Shown here piece by piece: positions 57,553 through 64,000 of a stretch of 64,000 nucleotides of DNA; within the stretch, counting starts at the first letter, position 1, and each line of letters begins with the position of its first letter. The stretch lies in assembly GCA_963663385.2 (NCBI GenBank), contig CAXXXD010000001.1:512001-576000 (forward strand), written 5' to 3'. Made by a program: the position numbers and the translations under genes. Origin of the DNA: Oceanispirochaeta sp. (GTDB lineage Bacteria; Spirochaetota; Spirochaetia; DSM-2461). Below the pieces are notes generated by a model. That model was not told the DNA's origin. It did no database searches and saw only the letters and a list, made by a program, of their open reading frames with translations.

Positions 57553-58782
57553 TTAAAGAACCTTCTGAATCTCGTCCCAGATTCTTTTGGAAGAGTTTCC
57601 GTCCACAATATCGTAGAACTTTTTAAGGACTTCGGTCCGTTCTTCCCTGTAGTCGTCCAGGTTATCCACAAGCTGTCTTTTGATCTCGTCGGTCAGTTCT
57701 TTGGTGCTGAAACACTTCCTGCCGGGGGTAACCGTTTCGTAGTCGAACTGGAGGGGCCTCTCCGTATTGACGTAGTGGTCATAATCAAAGGGGAAGAACA
57801 CGACCGGTTTATCCTGAAGGATATAATCCACAAAGATGGAAGAGTAATCCGTGATCATCAGATCGATATGGGCGAATAGGGGATAGACATCGCGGCCTTT
57901 GTGGTATTCGATGATATGATCGGCGCCGCTGATATCATACATATGTTCCTTTCGGGTTTTCTGGTGATATTTAAAAATAAAGATCATCTTGTTTTCACGG
58001 GCGAATTCATTCAGGGCTGCGACATCCAGAGTATCCTTAACCGCATCATATTCCGCCGAAAGGTGTCTGTGAGTGGGCGAATATATGACCAGTTTATACC
58101 CCTCTTTTTTATAGGCGACGGCTTTTTCGTAGGTTTTTACATCGGCCCCGGAAAGGTAAGGGCTCATATCCTCTACAAAAAGGACATCGTTTCGGGGTTG
58201 TCCGTTTATCAGTATCTTTCCGTAGTTAAAGCCGTGGCCCCGGGTTTTTACCTGGAGTTCCGAATTCATGGAGAGGATGTCATAGTAGGGGTGCTGGCCG
58301 ATCATATCGGACAGTTTCCTGATAAAACTGTTCTGCTTCTGTATCCGGGGTTTCAGCATCCCGACCGTCTTCATTCCGCTGCCATGCCATAGCTGGAACT
58401 TGGCGGCTTTATACAGCATCTGGTACCGCAGCTTTCTGGTCCACTCGTTCCCGTCAACAACGACAGCTTTTGTCTGAAGGAGTTTGACGATTGTGGACGG
58501 ATTGTAGAAATACAGTACAGGAAGATTGTTCTTTTTCAGCTCATTCCTGATTTTTCGACTCTCAGTCAGAAAATAGATTTTACAGTCGTCCATTTTCTTG
58601 GAATTGAGATAGAGGTAGAGGTATTTCAGGTTCCCTTCAAAGGTATTTCCGAAACGGGTAATGAAGACAACTGTATCTTTCTTGGGAAGCATTTTAGAGA
58701 GAGGCAGGAAAATCCCGTTTCCGATAGTCAGTTTGATAAATGTACCGATGGCTTTTTTGGTCAACATTATGTATTTGCGCAT
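57553..58782 (-). CDS. CDP-glycerol glycerophosphotransferase (TagB/TagF family)
   Basis: QLWHG, GQPRND, IYSPTHR, MITDYSSIFVDY and DGNSSKRI motifs. Confidence 0.92.
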   Translation of the reverse strand: MRKYIMLTKKAIGTFIKLTIGNGIFLPLSKMLPKKDTVVFITRFGNTFEGNLKYLYLYLNSKKMDDCKIYFLTESRKIRNELKKNNLPVLYFYNPSTIVKLLQTKAVVVDGNEWTRKLRYQMLYKAAKFQLWHGSGMKTVGMLKPRIQKQNSFIRKLSDMIGQHPYYDILSMNSELQVKTRGHGFNYGKILINGQPRNDVLFVEDMSPYLSGADVKTYEKAVAYKKEGYKLVIYSPTHRHLSAEYDAVKDTLDVAALNEFARENKMIFIFKYHQKTRKEHMYDISGADHIIEYHKGRDVYPLFAHIDLMITDYSSIFVDYILQDKPVVFFPFDYDHYVNTERPLQFDYETVTPGRKCFSTKELTDEIKRQLVDNLDDYREERTEVLKKFYDIVDGNSSKRIWDEIQKVL

Positions 58783-58799
58783 TATAAAATCTCCGGGTA

Positions 58800-59567
58800 T
58801 TAAAATTGAGTGTGCTGTACTTTGTCTTTGATCATATTCTGCAAAGCAGTCAGTTCATAATGGATGTCTATTTCAACCCATTCGGAGTTTGCCACTTCGA
58901 TAGGCTTAACTTCAATACCCTTATCGGCCAGATCATTTAAAAAGCTGTGCCAGGTCTTGTTGTACTGAAGGAAATCCTCGGTTCTTGAAATGGCCTCCAG
59001 GGTATTCCTGAAACTCTTTCTGACGGATTCTCCCTTAACAATAGTCAGGCCGGCCGAAATATGATCGGCATTTTCTATATTTTTACCGGCTTTTATGACA
59101 TGATTCTTATCATCAAGCAGTACTTTCACATCATCATCGCCTTTATCGTCGTGGCGGGAACAGAGCAGGAATATTCCCTCCTCGTCTGATTCAAGGATTT
59201 CCTGAAGCCGGTCATAGATCGCCGAGCTGAATATGGTATCCCCGTTCATAAACATGAAATCCGTATCGGCCATTTTATTCAGAACAACCCACAGGGTAAC
59301 AAGAGGTCCGGAAACCCCATAGAAGGGGTTATAGACAACATCCAGGTGATTCTTATGCTCCGAGGATTCGATAAACTCATCTATTTTCCCTACGCAGTGA
59401 CCGCCCCCTATTACAATATCACCCAGAACGGAGCGTTCAAGCAGGCTGTTACACTGGCGGGACAGAAGGGTTGTACCGTCTCCCAGGCTTACCAGTATCT
59501 TCGGTCTGTCCTTGGTCAGAGGAAGTAACCGTTCGCCTTTTCCGGCGGAGAGTATAATAGTTTTCAT
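58800..59567 (-). CDS. LicC-like nucleotidyltransferase (phosphocholine cytidylyltransferase family)
   Basis: IILSAGKGERLLPLTKDRPK, VVYNPFY, NGD and WVEID motifs. Confidence 0.75.
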   Translation of the reverse strand: MKTIILSAGKGERLLPLTKDRPKILVSLGDGTTLLSRQCNSLLERSVLGDIVIGGGHCVGKIDEFIESSEHKNHLDVVYNPFYGVSGPLVTLWVVLNKMADTDFMFMNGDTIFSSAIYDRLQEILESDEEGIFLLCSRHDDKGDDDVKVLLDDKNHVIKAGKNIENADHISAGLTIVKGESVRKSFRNTLEAISRTEDFLQYNKTWHSFLNDLADKGIEVKPIEVANSEWVEIDIHYELTALQNMIKDKVQHTQF

Positions 59568-59568
59568 A

Positions 59569-60375
59569 TTATTCGCTTTCCTTTATTCTTCTTTCGTAAT
59601 CGGCTGTATTGAAGTGGGGATTCCTTTTAAAGGAATTCATTTTAAAGTGGTCTACAGCATAACTGCCGCCGTCGTCCTCGTACCATACCCAGCCCTTATT
59701 CGGTTCACGCCATTTTTCACCATATTTAAGAGCGATATATTTTTCAGGATCTTCGGGCATCATTGTCTTCAGTCCGTATACGTCCCGGCTTTCCAGATTC
59801 AGAAAGTACTTTTCATCCACTCTGAATACGACCCGTCTTGTTTTAAGGGCTTCCCTTAGGTGAAGGAGAAACTGAAAAAACAGCTTGTTCAGCAGGTAAA
59901 CGGGAAAGAGCAGGTATTTCGTTGCCGGTTTTCTTATCAACCTTTTATGAAGGTTGGTGGACTTCTTCATTTTCCTGAGATAGTTCTTGTTCCGCTTGAT
60001 CAGTTTCTCGTCTTTGGACAGAAAAGACCAGAACTCGGAATAAGCATAGCCCTGCTCCCTGTGATAGAGGCGGATATTGACGGGGATACTCTTTTTACTG
60101 CCTATGTAATAGCGCATCTTTGTCACATAGGGAAGGTAGGTAATACGGACCCCTTTGTCCTGAAGGATCTTATGAATTTTCCTTTTGTTGGCGATATAAT
60201 CCTCCTTCCAGATGCCGAGGTCCACGTCATGGTCCCAGGGGAGGAACCGGTTCTCTCTGACAACTCCCAGGAGGGAGCCCTGATCAAGCCAGTAGGGTAC
60301 GGAAATTCCATTTAGAAGCTCTATGACAAATTTATATAAATCCAGGTGTTCATCAGTAATTATTTCTTCTTTCAT
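59569..60375 (-). CDS. licD: LicD-family phosphotransferase
   Basis: YWLDQGSLLGVVRENRFLPWDHDVDLG and YGEKWREP motifs. Confidence 0.85.
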   Translation of the reverse strand: MKEEIITDEHLDLYKFVIELLNGISVPYWLDQGSLLGVVRENRFLPWDHDVDLGIWKEDYIANKRKIHKILQDKGVRITYLPYVTKMRYYIGSKKSIPVNIRLYHREQGYAYSEFWSFLSKDEKLIKRNKNYLRKMKKSTNLHKRLIRKPATKYLLFPVYLLNKLFFQFLLHLREALKTRRVVFRVDEKYFLNLESRDVYGLKTMMPEDPEKYIALKYGEKWREPNKGWVWYEDDGGSYAVDHFKMNSFKRNPHFNTADYERRIKESE

Positions 60376-60547
60376 ATATATAGTCCTGTTTATTGTAATA
60401 AAGTGAGGAAGTTAACCAGATTAAAGATAATATATTATCATAATTCAAGTGAAGCGGAATATCCGGATTTACCTAATATTTCTTATATCGTTCAGGATTG
60501 CGGGAAAACAGTTATATTCCACGAATTAAATTGTTATACTCAATGGC

Positions 60548-61249
60548 ATGATGATTTTTGAGATATGGCGGGAAGCCAAACAGGTGGACAGGCAGATTTC
60601 CTTTCTGCATAAACTGATTTCGGTCTGGTTGAAGAAAACCCAGAAGCCTCTTGAAGGACGGGTACTGAAAAAAACCTTGAAACTGACCGACCGGGTTATA
60701 GATTTTTTTGACAAAAAAAAGGTGGATTACTGGCTGGAAAGCGGAACGCTTCTGGGTGTAATAAGAGAAAACAGACTGCTCCCCTGGGATCATGATGTGG
60801 ACATTACCATCAGGATGGAAGACCTTCCCAAAATCGAGAAAGAGCTGAGGTCCTTCCGCTTTAAATACGGTTACAGGGTAGAGTATGTCAGAAACCGGGC
60901 GGATGCCTTTCCCCTTAAAAAAGGGGATCTCCGCTTGATCAAGGTTCAGAGCCGCAAGTACGGGATTCTCCCCCTGCCGGGACTGGCTCAGCTGGATATT
61001 TTCGTCAAGGTACGGCATCAGGAGAAAATGTACTGGGCCATCCGTAATCGTGCCCTGAAATCCGCCCCGGCTCACTTTACGGATAATCTGGGAGAAGTCG
61101 AGTTTAATAACAGAACCTACAGGGTGCCTTCCGACAGCAGGGGCTATCTGGCCTACCGTTTCGGGGATGACTGGGAAACGCCGAAGAAGGATTATGATAA
61201 TATCCGGGATGACAAGGCGGTGGAGCAGATGCTGGATCCTCTGTATTGA
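60548..61249 (+). CDS. licD: LicD-family phosphotransferase
   Basis: YWLESGTLLGVIRENRLLPWDHDVDI, LDIF and YLAYRFGDDWETP motifs. Confidence 0.85.
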   Translation: MMIFEIWREAKQVDRQISFLHKLISVWLKKTQKPLEGRVLKKTLKLTDRVIDFFDKKKVDYWLESGTLLGVIRENRLLPWDHDVDITIRMEDLPKIEKELRSFRFKYGYRVEYVRNRADAFPLKKGDLRLIKVQSRKYGILPLPGLAQLDIFVKVRHQEKMYWAIRNRALKSAPAHFTDNLGEVEFNNRTYRVPSDSRGYLAYRFGDDWETPKKDYDNIRDDKAVEQMLDPLY

Positions 61250-61519
61250 AGTATTATTCCCCCTTTCCGGATACCCGAGCGAAGTCGAGGGTGGAGGGGG
61301 ATAAACCCGAATGTACGACTGGTGTTAACTGGTTGTTTTCTTCGGGAACGTGGGACTTCTCTCCGGTCATGGGCGTCCTGCCCATTCCCTGCGAGCCGAC
61401 CCCGGTTGCACGGGCGAGCAGTAAACAAAGTTTACGACCAGCCTACAATCCTAACTCCGCATCCTGCGGAGTTGCGCTCCATGTATTCGCGCCGGATTTC
61501 CGTTTCAACTCCCATCACC

Positions 61520-61560
61520 AAAAAAAAGAAGAGACCCGAATAGGATCTCTTCTTTTTTTT
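61520..61560 (-). terminator. Bidirectional-type terminator downstream of tRNA-Leu
   Basis: A-tract, GAAGAGA...TCTCTTC stem, T-tract. Confidence 0.75.
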
Positions 61561-61644
61561 TACCGGCGATGGGACTTGAACCCATACGGCCGTGAAGCCA
61601 GTAGATTTTGAGTCTACCGTGTATACCAATTTCACCACGCCGGC
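61561..61644 (-). tRNA. tRNA-Leu(CAA)
   Basis: GCCGGCG/CGCCGGT acceptor stem, GTAGA-CTCAAAA-TCTAC anticodon arm, long variable arm, GGTTCAAGTCC T arm; CCA not encoded. Confidence 0.97.
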
Positions 61645-61728
61645 AAATACTTCCAGAAAGATAGCCCAATGATTTTGACTTGTCAAGCCGATGATTATTT
61701 TGTAAACCTTTTAGAGGAGGATTAGGCT

Positions 61729-62454
61729 ATGTTTCTTGCAGGTTCTGTGCTGTTCTGGGTGTTTTTTAGCATTACCATGGTGGTTTTGTTTTTTCCGGCT
61801 CTGCTTATCTGGCTGATTACTCTGCCGTTTGACAGGAATAAAAGAATCCTGCATCAGTACTCCTGTTTCTGGGGATCCCTCTACACCTGGTTCAACCCTT
61901 TTCTGAAGGTGACGATTGAAGGGAAGGAGAAACTTGAAAAAGGGCGGTCCTATGTGTACTGCGCCAATCACCAGTCCATGATGGATATAGTCATCCTCTA
62001 CCGCCTGTTTCTGCATTTTAAATGGGTTTCAAAGAAGGAGATTTTCAAGGTTCCCTTCCTGGGATGGAATATGTACCTGAATAACTACCTCTATCTGGAC
62101 CGGTCCAGTCCCTCCAGTCAGATCCGTATGATGAAGGACGGAGAAAAATTCCTGAATACCGGAAGCTCCCTAATGATCTTTCCCGAAGGGACACGGTCCA
62201 TGGACGGGAAAGTGGGGAAATTCCGGGATGGCGCTTTTGTCCTGTCCCGGAAAACCGGAGCCCCGGTTGTTCCTGTGGTAATTAAAGGGTCCCGGGATGT
62301 TTTTTCGGATGGAACCATTTTCTACCGGCGGTTCTACCCCATGACCATTCAGCTGCTGGATCCTGTCCCTTCCGATACAGCAGAAAATCCCAAGGCCCTG
62401 GGGCGGCTGGTTCGCAGCCGAATCTGTGAGGAACTCGGTCAGAGCGGTGAGTAG
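61729..62454 (+). CDS. plsC: 1-acyl-sn-glycerol-3-phosphate acyltransferase family
   Basis: ANHQSMMD and FPEGTRS motifs. Confidence 0.88.
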   Translation: MFLAGSVLFWVFFSITMVVLFFPALLIWLITLPFDRNKRILHQYSCFWGSLYTWFNPFLKVTIEGKEKLEKGRSYVYCANHQSMMDIVILYRLFLHFKWVSKKEIFKVPFLGWNMYLNNYLYLDRSSPSSQIRMMKDGEKFLNTGSSLMIFPEGTRSMDGKVGKFRDGAFVLSRKTGAPVVPVVIKGSRDVFSDGTIFYRRFYPMTIQLLDPVPSDTAENPKALGRLVRSRICEELGQSGE

Positions 62455-63367
62455 AAAAATCCTGCACCTGTTACTGGGGGCAGGCAGTCTTCTGTTTCTC
62501 CTTTCCTGTGCCACCACTTCTCTGGAAATCCCGGGAGATACCCTTCTGTCTCCTCCCCTTGAGAATCCTGACTGGAAGCTTACACCCGTCCCGGGGGTAC
62601 AAATAATAACCTATAACGGGGGCGGTATCCCCGTACAGCTTTATGCCCTGTCTTTTAACCGAAGCCAGGCTGATTTCGATATTATCCTGACAGATCCGGA
62701 TACATCCGGGAAAGGGGAAACCAGAAGCGCCCGGGTCTCCCGTTTTGCTGAGGAGCAGAGCGTACTGGCCGCGATGAACGGGGCTCCCTATGCTCCGGTA
62801 GATATTCTGAACAGGCAGAACAGACCCTGTGATATTGCCGGGATCTATATCTATGAGGGGGAGGAAATCTCCCGGCCAATACCCTCCTATGATGCTCTTT
62901 ATGTACTGGAGGACGGATCTTTCCGGATCGGATCTCAGCAGGATATCCCGGCTGATGTGCAAACCGGAATCGGGGGATTCCATATTGTACTGAAAGACGG
63001 AATTCCCCTTGGAAAAAAGGGAGACCGGCATCCCAGGAGCGTTATCGGCCTGTCCGGCGGGGGAGAAACGCTCTATCTGGCCGTTTTCGACGGACGTCAG
63101 CCCGACTGTGCCGGGATGACCGGTCTGGAACTGGGGCTCTGGATGGCCTGGCTGGGAGCGGCGGATGCCTTGAATATGGATGGAGGAGGATCCTCCTGTC
63201 TTGTTTTCCGGGCGGAAGAAGGCCTTGAAATCTTAAATTCTCCCATTCATAGAGGCAGACCCGGGCTGGAAAGGGCGGTAGCCAGCCATATCGGTATCAG
63301 ACCTCCCCCGTCCCCTCCTCAGGAGGGGGGCAACCTTCCTGCTGCATCTCCCCTTCGGGGAGACTGA
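62447..63367 (+). CDS. Phosphodiester glycosidase (NAGPA/DUF2233) lipoprotein
   Basis: Lipobox LLSC; AAMNG, RHPRSVIG, DGRQ and ALNMDGGGSS motifs. Confidence 0.85.
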   Translation: MSRKILHLLLGAGSLLFLLSCATTSLEIPGDTLLSPPLENPDWKLTPVPGVQIITYNGGGIPVQLYALSFNRSQADFDIILTDPDTSGKGETRSARVSRFAEEQSVLAAMNGAPYAPVDILNRQNRPCDIAGIYIYEGEEISRPIPSYDALYVLEDGSFRIGSQQDIPADVQTGIGGFHIVLKDGIPLGKKGDRHPRSVIGLSGGGETLYLAVFDGRQPDCAGMTGLELGLWMAWLGAADALNMDGGGSSCLVFRAEEGLEILNSPIHRGRPGLERAVASHIGIRPPPSPPQEGGNLPAASPLRGD

Positions 63368-63376
63368 GAGGGGTCT
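63299..63376 (+). repeat. REP-like element (copy B plus an inverted partner)
   Basis: AGACCTCCCCCGTCCCCTCCTCAGGAGGGG followed by the opposed CTCCCCTTCGGGGAG..GAGGGGTCT. Confidence 0.7.
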
Positions 63377-63491
63377 GGAAACTAAGAGGTCGGATGCATG
63401 TCTGAGCCACAAACGAAGTTTGTGACCAGGGGGTGAGAGGTTGTATTGATCCATCCCCGAAGATCCTCGAGCGTAGTCGAGAGGCCGAGGG

Positions 63492-64000
63492 TTAAATCAG
63501 AAAACCCGTATCTTCCTGAGTCTTCAGCCATTCGATAACCCTGGGGCGTTTTATTTTTTTGGTGGTAGTCATCTCCATTGGGTCATCCAGGATCCTCACT
63601 TTGGAAATCCTCTTGTAGGAGAGCAGTTCCCGGTTTACAGATTTTACCGCTTCCAGCAGATCCGCCCTGATTTCATCACTGTTGCTGATACTCTGGGATT
63701 CGAAGTGTTCCTTATTGGGGTAGATCAGGGCTTCTATCCCTTCTCCCCGGGTTGTTTCGTTTGCCAGGTACCCGACAATCAGAATCTGTTCTATCTGCTG
63801 AAACAGCTGAAAGTGGTCTTCAATCTCCTCGGGGAATACATTCTTGCCTCCCTCGGTTACGATAAGAGATTTAGCCCGACCCGTCAGGTAGAGGTAGTTT
63901 GCCCTGTCCAGGTAACCCAGGTCTCCTGTCCGGAGGTAGCCGTCATCCGTAAAAAGCTCGGCCGTAGCTTCTTCATTCTTATAGTAGCCCTTACAGCAGA
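63492..64000 (-). CDS. Long-chain acyl-CoA synthetase (AMP-binding), 3' part
   Basis: Manual translation GYYKN..FTDDGYLRTGDLGYLD..LTGRAKSLIVTEGGKNVFPEEIE; stop at 63492-63494. Confidence 0.9.
   Translation of the reverse strand, partial: CCKGYYKNEEATAELFTDDGYLRTGDLGYLDRANYLYLTGRAKSLIVTEGGKNVFPEEIEDHFQLFQQIEQILIVGYLANETTRGEGIEALIYPNKEHFESQSISNSDEIRADLLEAVKSVNRELLSYKRISKVRILDDPMEMTTTKKIKRPRVIEWLKTQEDTGFLI

Noticed and set aside
49649..61560. Surface locus as a tRNA-integrated island
   Set aside because: No integrase is present and no direct att repeat was seen; the tRNA-like copy is inverted.

Overview
Bacterial chromosomal window, probably from a free-living spirochaete (Spirochaetaceae-like). 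That assignment is inferred from gene content and signal-peptide style, not proven. Left to right it holds: a partial sensor kinase; a GH38 alpha-mannosidase / TTT transporter / sulfatase catabolic locus with two GntR-LacI regulators and an AraR-type operator; rpsU; a complete IS21 with a 5-bp target duplication; an APC-EIIA fusion permease; an IS110 element; a cobalamin-riboswitch operon (FMN-domain-fused binding protein, ABC transporter, cbiK, tsaA-like); a selenium-cofactor cluster (yqeC-yqeB-desulfurase-selD-DUF3343-yedF) running into sbcDC; housekeeping genes (KamA-family enzyme, pyk); a surface-polymer locus (three Wzi-like barrels, flippase, tagD, two TagB/F-type transferases, a LicC-like and two LicD proteins); tRNA-Leu(CAA); and lipid genes. 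The most striking observation is the IS110. It sits exactly in the Shine-Dalgarno sequence of a hydrolase gene. Its 5' non-coding end holds two near-identical hairpin modules, one matching the insertion site (ACAGGAGA) and one matching the element's own end junction (ATAGGAG). This looks like a bridge RNA programmed against ribosome-binding sites. All product calls come from recognising motifs by eye; no database searches or folding programs were run.
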